Origin: Lama glama
Lineage: Eukaryota
NCBI GenBank assembly: GCA_028534125.1
Contig: CM052817.1
Span: 37,946,001 to 38,006,000 of the forward strand
Length of the DNA: 60,000 nt
Direction of reading: 5' to 3'
Below the pieces are notes generated by a model. It ran no database searches and was not told where the DNA came from. It saw only the letters and a list, made by a program, of their open reading frames with translations. Numbering within the stretch: the stretch's first letter is position 1; every line of letters starts with the position of its first letter. Both the position numbers and the translations under genes were made by a program. Below are positions 1 to 14,012 of the stretch, piece by piece.

Positions 1-449
1 GCTTGTTTTTAAATAATTGCCTATATCTACAATGAAACAAGATTGTAGCTTAAGATAAAGAGGCTATAAATATATTAGATTTGCTTTGCCAAGTCAGGGT
101 AATGTTGTAGTCTGTAACTGTTGGGATCCTTGGAATGCACATAAAAATCACAGAAATTGACTTTAAATAGAGTACCAATAACCTCAAGTGCTTATATATT
201 ATATGTCTTTACATTTCTTGGTGTAAGGAATCAGTGGCAAATTGAATCTTACTGCAGAAGAGCTACTCTCCCAACTTACAGAATTCAGCAACTGCAAACT
301 GATAAGAAATTGAATAAAGTATGTTTTAGAGGATATTGCAACCATAAAAACATTGTATCTTTATTTTTCCTTAAAAGTAGTTTTATTAGTCAGGTAGATT
401 CCTAAAGATTGGCTTGCCATTAGGCCTAGAACTCTACGAAGTACACTAA

Positions 450-545
450 CATGTTAGGCTTAACTGCTTATCCTCAGTGCCCAGCACAAGGATTGGCACA
501 TAGATAGTACCCAGTACATGTTTGTTGATTGAGTAATGAATGAAA
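450..545 (+). mobile_element. L2 3' end fragment
   Basis: cagtgcccagcaca...tggcacatag...tgtttgttgattgagtaatgaatgaa, typical L2 terminus. Confidence 0.6.
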
Positions 546-647
546 ATTTTCAATACACAAATTACCATATGGCTATTTAACTGATGCATTGAAATACGCT
601 TCCTAGAACAAACAATACTAGCATTCATACGGAACCACAACCCCCTG

Positions 648-832
648 GATAGTCAAGGCAATCTTGAGAAAGAACAAAGCTGGAGCCATCACACTTACAG
701 ATTTCAAACTATATTATAAAATTATAGTAATAAAAAAGTATGATGTTGGCATAAAATTAGACATGTAAATCAATGGAACAGAATCGAGAGCCCAGAAACA
801 AACCTGTACATATACGGTCATCTAATATTTGC
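648..832 (+). mobile_element. L1 ORF2 fragment
   Basis: aagaacaaagctggagccatcacactt..gatttcaaactatattataaa...caatggaacagaatcgagagcccagaa matches the L1 ORF2 KNKAGGITLPDFKLYY...QWNRIESPE region. Confidence 0.85.
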
Positions 833-1589
833 CATGCATATCAGGTTTTCACTTGTAATAACACAGTTTTCCTGAGTGGGCATGGTTAAGGCTAGTCTTG
901 AAGTATCACCCCTTGAATTACTTCCAAGGACTGACTCATGTAGTTATTTGGAATGATAGATTAAGCGGTAAGAAACTTGGCAAGTCATTTTGGCTAAATG
1001 CCTCTATTAGTCTTTTCTACCCTGTCTTTTAAACTTGGCTCCTGGGATAGTTCAGATAAAGAGACTGTCCACAAATTCTTTAAATTTATCTGAAGTAAAT
1101 GCAAATCCTTTTGAGAAATAACAGTGTCTCATTATCCACATATAGCAATGGACTGTCTTCAATATTCTATATCATCAATTGTCAGTAAATATGTAGGGCA
1201 GATTCTTTTGCAGCTTTTGCTAAAATGTCAGTCTGCATTTTTAGCAATATATTTTTTATTACTATATCTATTTTCTTAGCAAAAATGCCCTTTCTTCTCT
1301 AAAGCGACTGTGTATCTCAAAAAGAAGCATAAGAATTGAGTATAACAGTTATTGAGCACTTACTCTGTTCCAGGCGCTGGATTGCTCTTCTGATTAGATC
1401 CTGAGTCTGATCTTTAGCTTTTTTTCCCCTCCAGCTGCAAGAAATGAGAATCCCTTCATATGCTGTGAGGGAGATCCTCTGACTTGCATACTTGGTCATT
1501 ACCCAATGATTAATCACCTTCCGCCTTCCATTGCTTTTCTCAAATACATTGACATTTCCTAGCAGTAGCCTTTTGATCCCATGGTACTT

Positions 1590-2410
1590 AAAAAAAAAAT
1601 TTCATTAACACTTTATTTTAGAATAGTTTTGGATATACAGAAAATTTGCAGATAGCTCAGCGAATTTCCGTATATTGTTGACTCAATTCCCTCTAGTTGT
1701 TAGCATCCTACGTCACCATGATATATTTGTCATGTTTGGTCATCATGTTTTCCTAGACTTCTCTGGTCTGTGAATAGTTTCTTAGACTTTCCTTGTCCTC
1801 AGTGCTTAATATTTTTGAGGCAAACTGGTCAAGTTTGTTTTCTTTTTTTCAGAATATCTTTTGATTTGGGTTTGTCTGATGCTTCTCTTGTGGTTAGACT
1901 GGGGTCAGAAGTTTTTGGGAAAAGCCCACAAAGTTGAAATGCCATTCTCATCACATCATATAGAAGGTGCATGCAATCAATATGACTTATCACTGATGAT
2001 TTAACCTTGATCACCTCTTTGAGGTAGTGTTGGCCAGTTCTTTTCACTGTAAAGTTACTTTTTCCCTCCCTTTTCTTGTATACTCTTTGGATAAGTCACT
2101 AAGGGAGTTCATTCTGGGGGGTAGGGGGTGAGAAGTTGGAGTGGAAGTTAAATTTCACCTCCTAGATGGGGACATATCAACATAAATTATTTTTCACCCT
2201 TCTGAAGAGAGATTCTTCTCCCCTGTTTGTTTAATAATTTATTTATACCAATATGGACTCATAGATATTTATTTTATGTTTTGGGTTACAATCCAAGAGT
2301 GGATTATTTATTTTGTTGTTTAACTTGTTTCCCATTTGGCCATTGGGAACTTTTTCAGGTTGGCTCTTGTATCCCTTTGGCATTCCCTTATTCATAGCAT
2401 GTTTACTTAT
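1590..2410 (-). mobile_element. Old L1 (L1MC/L1ME-like) 3' region
   Basis: tttattttagaatagttttggatatacagaaaatttgcag...; tgggtttgtctgatgcttctc...; gttcccatttggccattgggaac, all typical reverse L1MC/ME 3'UTR motifs. Confidence 0.7.
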
Positions 2411-2614
2411 GATGGCCCTTCAACCTCTCAGCTGTCTGAGATATTGCACCTACTGGTGCTTTCATCCCACGTCACCACCTGTGAAAGTTGTAACCCATAT
2501 TCCGCTACTGCATGCTACCTTATTACTAGTGTTGGATGGTCCTTTCCGGACAGATTATGCACATCTAAATTCCCACCTTAAAGTTGGCTTCCCAGAACTA
2601 TTCCTGGTATCAAC

Positions 2615-2995
2615 TTTTCTAGGTTGGATTCCTGGGAAACATATTCTGATCCAGAGGGCAATTCGTTGCGGGAGGCTTTTAGGAAGATACCTGGAAGGAG
2701 GTGGGGAAAGCATCATGGACAGAGCTCAGCAACAGCAGTGAAATTGCAGCAGAGGCTTCAGCTGATTCCACGGGTAGCTGTGAAGTTGAGATGACCCTAC
2801 GGAGAGGTCTTAAGTTAGGACAAAGGGTGGATGTGTTGGCAGGGGTGGGGGTCATACCCTGATTCGTTGAGAAAGGGGTGTAATCTTTGGCAGAAAGCTT
2901 CCTTTAGCAGTGGACCAGTCCTGGGAAAAGGCTTAGCTGTGTGCGATGAGTGGCTCAGTCATGAAGAGGGAAGCTGGGCATTGCAGTAGCGGCCA
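2615..2995. mobile_element. ERVL-type solo LTR (LTR16/LTR33-like)
   Basis: ggttggattcctgggaaacatattctga...gaggcttcagctgattccacgggtagctgtgaag resembles LTR16/33 as recalled. Confidence 0.5.
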
Positions 2996-5900
2996 CTGTA
3001 AATGAGAAATGTGCCCCCTGGTTTTATTATCTGTAGATATGCTTGGTTATTGCAGCCTCTATACTGCCTTATTTGCAGCATAAGATAAATGAGCAAGGTA
3101 GCCATCCAATGTGGCTTTTTCCTCCATTCCCCCATTTTGAACTCTTCCTGTCAAGCCACTGACCTGTAAAATCCAGTGACATGCTGGATGGCATGTTCTT
3201 GAAGCAATTTCTCAGGATTTACATCTCCACACTCCTCTTTAGTTTGATCCCAGTCTGTTACCACTTCTTGATTTTGCCTCTCTGGCTTCGAACTGGATTT
3301 TCTACGTTTCTAGGCTTTTCCTTGGAGTTGAACCCTGACTGTTGCAACCAGTTGGCATTTCCTAATCCCTTCCCACTCAGACTCTATCCCAGCTGGGTGA
3401 ATTGAAGTCCATTTTCAGGTAGGGGAAAGGGAGAACTTCCCCAAACATGTTCATTGGAGAGAAAAATGATACAAAAAATAAAAATGTTAATCCTAAGGCG
3501 TTCTTTCAAAAGTCCCTTATGTTGTGAGACAATTAAGACAACTGAATCTATTGAACATATTTAAAGGTTATAGAGAGCCTAGAGATTGAGACAGAAATAA
3601 ATTTAAAATAAACAAAAAGAGATGTTTGCCCTGATCCAAATATTAAAATGCTAGATAGAAATGCCATAACAAATACAGTATATTAGGCTGAAAATGTCAC
3701 TTAGAAGGAAACTAAAATATTGTGTTTATTGTTAAGAAATAATTGTAACATTTTGAACTTGCTTTTCTAACTCTAAATACAAATGGAGTTCAATATATAT
3801 ACGTACATTTCCTTCTAAATACCAGCCAGTTAATTGTATGATCGATGTATGTAAAGGAAGAGGAAATATTCCTCTGTTGCTTTTCATATGTTAATACTAA
3901 GTAGAATTTAAGGAAGACTCATAACATTACTGCCCCTTCTTTCTGACCTCCACTGAGTCTACTTGTCAAAATGTAAAAGCTTTGTTATTGTTTTCAAAAA
4001 GAGATGGACATGGTTCATGACTTACAATTTTTTGAAATCATATTACTCATATAATGGTCTAATATTTCTCCACGTTGCCCATTATTCAATTAAAAAACAT
4101 AGAGGTTCAAAACTTTAGTATATTGTCAACTTTGACATTTGTTTTTTTGTTTGTTTTTACTATGGATGAAGCATTTAGCATGAGTAGCTCTTGTAAGTGA
4201 TGGCTAAGTACAGGTCAGCTTTCTAATTGCTTTTTTGAACTTTATTTTTTGTTGTTGTGACATTTCAACTTATGAAATATCATAGATGAAATTGAACCAA
4301 ACGAATTTAAATGGCATAACATTTATTTTGTCAAGAGTCATATTAAAATGCCTTTTGATTTGTTTACACATTTTTAAACAAGCAGTTTTACTGACATTTA
4401 TGTAGCACACATTTTAAAGTAGGTTTTTAATGCAACTCAGTATATCATAATTTACTTAGATTGGATGTGGATAAAATTTCTAAACATAAGGTTTGGAGAA
4501 GTGTGTGCAGTTTTATGTTGTAAGATTAGATGGTACATTGTTATTTATATATATATTTCTGAAAAAAATATTAAAGCAATTAATTTGTTATAAAAAGCAC
4601 TAAACTGGGAGCCTTGTCTGTAGATGATTTTCTATAGATGTTTGTTCTCTTCTCCTCACTTCATTTCATGATCTGTAATTTGCTTTGATTTACACTAGCA
4701 GGTAATTAAAACATTTTGAATGCAAGAATATTGATATTCTACTTGAAGAATATAAAAGATTTTTATGTAAATAATTACCTGAAGAAAAAAAAATCTTCAA
4801 ACTGTCAATTTAGTTATTATTAAAGAAATGACCTTCCTCTAAAAGGTTAAGTGTTACTTGGTTAAAATTGCTAACCATCTTTTTGATAATCACAAAAACA
4901 CTAATATTATATATTTCTGTATTTCCTGCAATAATAGATATATTATTCTTATAAAAATATTCTTTTAAAGTATCCACTGCAACTAGGCTCAAAGAATAAA
5001 TTGAGGGAACATTTGACTTTATGTGAACTTATGGCTTATTCTGCTTGAAGCTTTGGGTTGTGATAGGAGTTTGTGTTGGCAATATCACAATTATCCTCCT
5101 TTTCTTTCTTCACTCTGAGGTGTTGACCAATATAAAGAAACCTTTATGTTGCTAAATGAAATGAGTACCTTTTTACATTGTGATTCCTTAAATTTGTGCT
5201 TTACTTTAGAATTTTAAAAGATTTGTCTGGGCGAGATAGGATGTGTGTGCTAATTACCCCTGCGGTAAGGGGCTAGTCAGAGAAATCTGGCCTGCAAACC
5301 AGCAGGTGAAGGAGACGTGTGCTTGTGAAGGACAGCAGTAGGAAGAGGAAGTGGAGGGGACAGAGAGGTGTATGAATGAAAAGAAAGGATGCTAAACCTT
5401 GTGTCTGGGTGCTTTGTGTGGTGATAAATATGTTCCTGAAAGAAGAGTTGGCTTGGAGCCCTGGAAAAAGCTCCTTCCATTTCCATCCTTTGTGCTTATC
5501 TCTACTTCAGAGTTTATGGTTAATTATTTTTACAAATCATTTCCCTTCTGCCCTCTTCACTCCAATTCAGTTGCTAAGTGACTGGAAGATAAAGTGACCT
5601 CTGAATTTATTCTTCTCATTATATTGTTAGATTTTTCCACATCACTTAAGGGATGGATTAGTTCGTTGTAAGTTCAACAAGTTTCAAGGATTCAAGTTGA
5701 CATTTCACCTGATTAATAGCCCCTATTGGCCTAGTTGTTCTGGGGATGCATAATTAGAGCAATAATGCTACTTGTTCAGTAGAATTAAGATCTCCTTTTG
5801 CCTTTTAAATTAATTACCCTAAAGTTTATTTGCATTTTCTGGCTTAAGGCATATTATTATGCCCATGTGTGTTAAAATAAACATTTTTAAAATCCAGCCT

Positions 5901-7159
5901 TAGAAAAGTTAAAAAGTACTCTAAACATTTTGAACTCTGAGGATTTAAAAATAAACCTGTATATAGATATGGAATTTTAACTTTAATGGGACTTCCTTAA
6001 AGGCAATAATTGTAACATTTTATCCTTGAATGGTCCACTTTTTTACATGGAGTCCCCACTATAGCACCTGACATAAAGGAGATACTGAATATGTACATAT
6101 ATTTTTCATTGACTTCATGTGATAGGGATTTGAATTTTCTTTTTAAAATGAAGCTAATATTAAAAATGGTTATCTGTATTATAAATAATTCTGACTAAAC
6201 ATCAAAACAAAAATACAAACACTGTCTATTTTTGCTCTTTGGGATTTGTAGTCTGTGTGTATTTACCCTCTGTGATGTGAAATGTTATTCACTTATCAAA
6301 TTGTGTATATAAAAACACATAGCACCTACTGTATCAAAGCACTCTACTCTATGCTTTATAAACATTACGTTATTAATGTGGAATCACTAAGGAAAAAAAC
6401 ACCATCTTTTCCCTCAGGTAACTATTTAGAAAAAAGACCATGTGTGATTCACATGCACGCATGCACAAACCTAGAAATGAGAGTGGGTGTGTGGAGCCTG
6501 CAGACATTAGATGCTGAGGGTTCTGTGTGTAGACTGATGGCTCTGGGAGTACATCTGGTTTCCTGAGTAACTGAGGAGCTGTGTTTCATTCCTCTTGATA
6601 TTTAGATGGAGAAATGTCTTGAGAAATGCTGAGGAAAAAGATGATGAGGCAAAGAACGGTGGTTTAAAAACCTCACCTGGGCAAAATCCCTTTTGTGATA
6701 GATAATGAGATATGAACTGATGGTGCCTGCTACACCCATTAGAACTAATTTAAGAAAAATTTTATTAGTTTTACAAATTACAAGGATGATGAAAAAATCC
6801 TGTTTCTCTATGTTAATATAATTATATACAGGATATTTAGGTGCAGGTCCCATGTACGTTAATTTTAGGAGCAATTAGAAGAGAAAAAAAAAATCAGTTC
6901 CTGAGAGGCCATTGCTAATATATTTTAAATGTTTGCTGGCCAACATTTTGAGAAATCTAATCTGTGTTTACTGCATAGCATTTGGGACATTTGGGTTAGA
7001 GTCCTTATTGCCTCGCTGATGTGTGAATCTGGAGAATTTCCTAGCCATTTACCATTAGGCTTCAAGTTTCTCATCTGTGAAAAGAAGTTGCTTAGATGTT
7101 TGCTATGTTTTCTTTAAGTTCAAAAGCTTTGCATCTGTTATTTTACCATAGGCTGTAGT

Positions 7160-7625
7160 AACATTTTTCCTTATTAAAAAGATGTAGTCTTCATTGTAAA
7201 ACTGGAAAATACATGAAACACAAAATGATAATATGTGCAGACTTTTATCTCTGTAAAACTATATTCGTATCTGTTTAGTTTTTAAAAGATTGGGGGCATA
7301 TTGTCATATACTTTGTTATGTTTTTCTACTTTACAATATATTGTGAACATTTATCCATATTATGATTTAATAATGGTTAAATGGAATTATGTTATATGTT
7401 TTTACAATAATTATTAATCAATTTTTATTGAACATTTAGTTTTCCAATGATATTACTATAAATAATGCTGTGGTGAACATTCTTATAGATTAATCTTTAT
7501 ACAGATACTTGACTGTATCTATAGCATAAATTCTTAGATATGGAATTATTTAAATCTTAAATGCATTTTAAAGCAATTGAATACCTTGCTGTAAGCTACT
7601 CCCAAAACTGAACCAGTATTTACTT
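7160..7625 (-). mobile_element. Old L1 (L1ME-like) 3' fragment
   Basis: ctataaataatgctgtggtgaacattctt...aaattcttagatatggaatt. Confidence 0.6.
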
Positions 7626-8869
7626 GTAACATCTATTGATTCATTCACTAAATATTTGTTTAGTGTTTATTTTATATTGGATAACATGAATGAAGTACTG
7701 AGAGAAATGGATGTCTGGGAGGAAGAGGGTTGGTCTGTTTCTCTTCATTGAATATTAATCATAAAAAGACTTCCACAATTTGGTAAATAAAATACTGCCT
7801 TTAAAAATTTTTTTTGCTCTTAAGATCAAAATGCTTTTTTAAAAAATTAACTTTGATATCCATTTAGTATTAAGACTATTTTGTTGTACTGACTGCCTTG
7901 CTTGGTGTCTGTGTCTCTCTTTGGTGAAGGAAGGTGAACTCTAGTATTAATTAGTTCTCTAACAACTGGTTACAAATCACGGTTTTTGTTATCAACAGTA
8001 GAATTTTTCTTATCAAAATTAGAGAACTTTACTTTCCGTTATATGTTAGTGATAAACTGATCTTTTTTTTGTTTGTATGTTTATTGTTCTTATCATGTTG
8101 GTTCTATATTGTTTTAAATCGACTTATTTCTAAAATACTGTTTTCTTTTTCCTACTTTAATACTTTTTTTTATGCCCATCAATCTTCCTTCAGTCCAGTT
8201 GTTCTTTAAAAGGGATTCTGATTCTTATCTCTAGTTGCTTTTAAGATTTTATCACTGTGTTGACTGTTCTATAGTTACTCGTAATGTTCCTGGGCATGGA
8301 TTTATTTTTATCTATCCTGCTAAGGACTTAATTATGTTTTTCAGCTTTTTAGGAGAATTAACTGTCATTATTACTTCAAATATGCCCCTTGCCCTTCCTA
8401 TTTGTTTACTTTGTTCCTTCTGGAACTTCCATTATATTTGTTTTGCATCTTGTTACTGTATTGTCTGTGTTTCTCAATCTTTCACATTTTCCATCTCTGT
8501 ATTATTCTTGTGAGTTTCCTTTCAGTTCATTAGCTCAACTGTTTCTGTTTAACCTATTAGGCTTGTAATTCAAAAGCTACTTTTCCCACAATTTCTACTT
8601 AAATGAACTTCCACAAGTTTATTTTCAAATCTGTCCATCTTTCCTCTTACCATAGTGATATCTTATTTCTTAAGGCATTTATTCCTTATTCCATCTCTTT
8701 AATTATCTTACTCACTCCCACATATGGTCTTTCCAATTGTTTTTCATCATGTCGAAAGTTCTTGTGGTGGTATTACTTCTTTTTTAGTACCTGATGATTC
8801 TCACTTGTGGTGTTTGCTTCCCTTGTGATATTTCTGGAAATTTGTGATTCATCTTTTGGTTTCTTATTT

Positions 8870-9060
8870 CATTTTTGGTACCTGGTAACTTCCTGTTTAA
8901 TCATCAGTACTCTGAGAAAAAGTGCTCTGGTTTGTATCATTTTCCCACTATCGCCAATTCTAAACTACTGAAGTGGTGTCATCAAGGAGGGAGGCAGGAA
9001 GAGATGTGTACAATCGGGTTTTGTCAGCTGATTGTAGGAGCCTATTTTAGAACACCAACA
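8870..9060. mobile_element. MER63-like hAT DNA transposon fragment
   Basis: ggaagagatgtgtacaatcgg..., the reverse complement of the core of the element at 20838-21040. Confidence 0.5.
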
Positions 9061-9549
9061 ATTTTCCTTTTTTAATGTAAATTCAGCTGTCCATCAATTT
9101 TTGTTATAGTTTGTTCAGTTCATATAGAGTTTTGTGAGTAAGAATTTTTGTTAGCTAACTGTACCAGGTTTCCAGGACCAGAAGCAATGCTACATGTTCA
9201 AAATTAAGAAAAAAGCATAAAAATGTCTGTCTGTGTTATAATTCTTGAATTAGTGACTTTCACCATTTCTACTTCTCTTACTGTCCTCTCTCTCAATACT
9301 CCACCTTACTTCTTAGGCATGTGCCTTATCCCCATCTCTTACATTCTGGTCTCTATCGATTGCTTTACTCCTGGCTAAATAAGTTTATTAAAGGATTTCT
9401 GTGGAAGTAATCATCGTGGTACATAAGCAATATTTTAAGAGCTGCTTGACTTTTAGAGGTAGATAAGCACAGATTCCTTGGAAGGAGATAGCACATCTCC
9501 TGAAGCTAACAGTGCACTTCTACATGTTCCTGGGTAGAGTGCTCTAAAT

Positions 9550-9769
9550 CAGAGGTTGGCAACCATTTTTCTAAAATGGTCAGATAGTAAATATCTTGGG
9601 CTTTGAGGCCATACAGTCCCTTTCATAGTTACCCAACTCTGCCATTATAGCGTGAAAGCAGCCATAGATGATGTGTAAACTAATAGATGGCTGTGTTCCA
9701 ATAAAACTTTATTTACAAAACAGGTAGTGCATTGAATTTGGTTCATGGGCTACAGCTTGCTGAATCCTG
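9550..9769 (+). mobile_element. MER58A (hAT-Charlie MITE), complete
   Basis: Termini cagaggttggcaa...ttgctgaatcctg; internal gttccaataaaactttatttacaaaa; 8-bp TSD ctctaaat (9542-9549) / ctctaaac (9770-9777). Confidence 0.85.
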
Positions 9770-11179
9770 CTCTAAACAGTCCATAGATCTAAAGATTTAG
9801 TCATATTTTTAATTGAGCATATGCACAGTTGTTAATAGAAAATTGTAATTCCATTTTCTAAATCAGTACTTAAAAAGATAATGACTACTTCTAAGGTATA
9901 TTTACTTTTTGTTTGTTTTTTTGCACATGGTTGGGAGAATCCTTTTGGGCATGGCAGAGACAGAGTATTTTTGTAATTAACAATAACTTTGCATTCTAAT
10001 GCTGTACATAAGCTTGCAGGCTATTAAAGAGTCATTTATAATAAATATGAAATGTAATAAATATAAAAATTATTTATAAATAATGTGTTTGTTATATACC
10101 AATTCAACTTGGAAACTGCTAAACCTTAAACTATTTTTGGGATCAATAGTTCATTTGGTTTTGCCTTGAATATATTGCTTTTCAGTGACAAACCATGGGA
10201 GCATGGAGCTGCCTGGAGCAATTTGATTTTTTGCATCTGTGAAGTTTTTCAAACCTCCTGTGGTTTAGTTGGCACATCTCACATAAAAAGGAATTTAAGT
10301 ATTGATCTAAGCTATTAAAACACATCATAGTTACATTCTTTTATAGCAACTGCTGTGCACCAGTTCAACTAATAAATTCTCAAGTGTATCTCATTCATAC
10401 CACTTGGCCTACTGCTCTGCTCAAAGTAACCATTAACTCCTGTAAGCATGTAATGAGGAGAAACTCAGAGAATACATAGCAAGAAATGAACATATGGGGG
10501 TTTTCCCAAAAGAGCAACCAGTAATTGAAAGCACTAAACTCTCCAAATGATCATCCCCTCCCTTTTCAAGGTACTCCTGGGTCTTACATTGTACCAGGAT
10601 GTTATCACTAATTCCACTTTAGTCTAATATCAAGATAATGCGCTGGCCATATATGTTGTTTCTATGCAATGATGTCAGATACTCCCTGCCATGCTGTCTG
10701 AATATATAATTACCAAACTCGTTTTCTGTGATTCACTGGGATTATCATACTGAAAATTCTTTTTCTTTTAATGTCCCTTTGTGGAACAAGAAAGTTCTGT
10801 AGTGACTTAGTCATAGTGTTACATTTGAAATCTTTATAATGCAAACCAGGAAAGTTCAGGATGCTTGCTTTTCGTAGCCAGATTATTCACTCATTAAAAA
10901 TTAAAATATAATGTTCATTTCAGGTGGTGGGCTGGATGTTGTTAGTTCCCACATGCCCAGTTCAGCAACACAGAACTAAAATAGCTCTGCTGGGTAGCAT
11001 TTCTGAGGTCATCTTTGCTGGACTCTTATACTTTCACTACTGCAAACTCCTTATTCCTAATTTGGTAGCATCAAATCTATTGAAAATTCAAAGATCTCAA
11101 TATGAGGAGATAATGAAAATACTTAGATTTGTGGTAGAGAAGGAAAGGAGCCTTTCCCCTTTGATTCTCTTTTTGTTCG

Positions 11180-11400
11180 ATATACATTTACTCGACATTA
11201 GCTACACACTAATAATAGTGCTGGGCCCCGGGGTTGTGAACATGAATAAAACATAATCACTTTCCCCAAGAAGGTCATAATGTAGTATAGAAAAGACATA
11301 TGAACAAATAGTTACAATCTTATAAGATACTCATAATAAAAGTATGAACAAAGTGCTATGAGGAGACTCAGTGCTGTGTGAAGGTGGCTGGGAGAGCATT
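11180..11400 (-). mobile_element. L2 fragment
   Basis: catttactcgacattagcta...catgaataaaacataatc...aaagtgctatgaggagactcag. Confidence 0.55.
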
Positions 11401-13456
11401 TTCCCATTTAATGCATGCTACAAGATAATGAAACAAGGAACAACATATTTTAAATGCTGGAAATGAGCATTTGGAAAATGAAAATAAAGTAAAAGTGCCA
11501 ATTATAATAACATCAAAACATTAGTGCTTAAGAATAACCTTAAAGATATGAAAGGACTATACACATAAAATATGTGAGTAAACATAAAATAGTTTTCTTG
11601 GTAATTTCTTAATGCCTTTATAAAATAGAATGGCTTATTTAAAGCAAAAAATAGCAATTGTTATGAGATTTATAAAATGTATATAATAAACAATAGCTCA
11701 AAGAACTAGAGGTAAAATTAAAATATACCATTATAAGTTTCTTGAATTATGTGTGTGAAGTGGAATAACACTAATTGAACCTAGATTACTAATAAAAATT
11801 CAGATTGCAAACTCCAGAACAACCATTAAAAAAAGAAAAAGAGGTATAACAAATAACCTATTAGATAAAATGGAAAACCAAAAATATAGTTCTTCCCCAA
11901 AAGGCTGGGAAGGAAGAAAAATGGAATAAAGAATATGAGGGTAAAATACAAAACAAATTGTATGATGGTAGACTTAAACTCAATAACATCCATAATTACT
12001 TTAAATGTAAATGGTAAGGGCATCTGTTAAAAGGCAGAGGTGATGAGCAACTCATCACTTCTATTCACTGTTGTACTGGAAGCAGGACAATTTGTCAAGA
12101 AAACACAGATTGGAAAAGAAGCAGCAAAAACTGCCTTCACTTGCAGACATTTCAGTGGATAAAGAAAATCCTAAACCATCCACAAAATGTTTACTAGATA
12201 CGATAAGTGAATTTAACAAGGTTGCATGTATAAAGTCATTTCCAAAAATCAACTTTATTTTTAGGAACATTTGATAAATGGAATACTAGGAGCATTTGGG
12301 AAAAGGAAGTTAAAATATGCCATTTATAATAACATCAAAAATATAAATTTTAAAGAATAAACTTAAAAAATATTTAAGGTCTATTTATATACTGTAAACT
12401 TCAAAATATTCCTGAGATAAATTAGAGAGAACTAAAATAAATGGGCAAATATATTATGATTTTGGATAAAACACCCAATATTAAGATACTCATTCTTCCC
12501 AGTGTGACCTGTAGCTCTAATGCAACCTCAATCAAAATTCCAGAAGGTTTTTTTTTTTTCTTTGTGAAACGTTAGGCTGATTTTAAATTCATGTGGCAAT
12601 GCAAAGACTAGAATAGTTACCCAAATAAAAAAGAAGAAAAATTTGGAGGACTTACCTAGTTTCTAGATGATTATCAAACTGCAGTAATAGGACAGGATGG
12701 TATTGGGGTAAAGATAGATGGCGGATAATTGGAATAGAATAGAGTCCTGAAATAGACCCACACTTGTACAAGTATAAAGTCAATTGATATTTTTAACCAG
12801 GGCAGTAAGGCAACTCAATATGGAAAAGAAAGTCTTTTCACCAAGAATGCTTGAACAATTGACTATCATTAGGGCCCCAAAATGGACCTTAACGTATACA
12901 TACACTGTGGACTAAAATTAATTGGAGTGGTATCACAGACCTAAAAGTAAAATTAACAACATAAAGCTCATGAAGAAAATGTGGAAGAAAGCCTCATGAA
13001 CTTGAGGTGGGCAAAGATCCCTTGACAAAAACCAAGAAAGCACCAATAAAAGGAAAATCAATCATAAAATGAATTTCATAAAAATTAGGTATTACTCATT
13101 AAAAGCATTCATAAGCTGAATATGCAAGCACAGATTGAAAGCAAATATTCATAATATATGTATCTGACATATATTATGAAAATATTTATCTGAAATAGAG
13201 AATTTCTACAATTTGTATAAAAAGACAAACAACTCCCTTCCCCCATCCACCGTCCACCACCACATGGGCAAAATACTTGAAAAGGCACCTCCCCAATGAA
13301 GATAAATGAATGGCCAATAAACACATGAAGAAAGTTCTCAACACTATTAGTCATCAAGGAAATAAAAAAAAATGAAATATTACTAAACATTCATTAGAAT
13401 GGTTAAAATTTAGAAAACTGGTAACATCAGGGATGTGAGGCAACTGAATTTTTTTT

Positions 13457-13571
13457 AACATTTTTTATTGATTTATAATCATTTTACAAGGTTGTGTCAA
13501 ATTCCAGTGTAGAGCACAATTTTTCAATTATACATGTACATATATATATTCATTGTCACATTTTTTCTCTG
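13457..13571 (-). mobile_element. Young camelid L1 3' end, 5'-truncated
   Basis: Poly-T then ttttattgatttataatcattttacaa..gttgtgtcaaattccagtgtagagcacaattttt; flanked by aactgaattttttt at 13442 and 13572. Confidence 0.8.
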
Positions 13572-13587
13572 AACTGAATTTTTTTTT

Positions 13588-14012
13588 AAACCCAGCAACA
13601 TTTTTTTTTTAATGAAGCATAGTTGATTTACAATGTTGTGTTAGTTTCTGGTGTACAGCAAAGTGATTCAATTGTACATATATATATTCTTTTTCATTTT
13701 TTTTCCATTATGGTTTATTATAGAATGTTGAATATGGTTCCCTGTGCTATACAGTTGGTCCTTTGTTTATCTATTTTATATATAGTAGTTTGTATCTGCT
13801 AATCCCAAATTCCTAATTCATCCCTCCCCCACTTCATTTCCTCTTTGGTAACCGTAAGTTTGTTATCTATGTCTGTGAATCTGTTTCTGTTTCATAAATA
13901 AGTTCATTTGTGTCGTATTTTATATTCCACATGTAAGTAATATATGGTGTTTGTCTTTCTCCTTCTGACTTACTTCACTTAATATGATCATCTCGAGGTC
14001 CATTCATGAACG
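13588..14012 (-). mobile_element. Artiodactyl/camelid L1 3' end, 5'-truncated
   Basis: gttgatttacaatgttgtgttagtttctggtgtacagc...gttccctgtgctatacag...ctgacttacttcacttaatatg. Confidence 0.85.
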
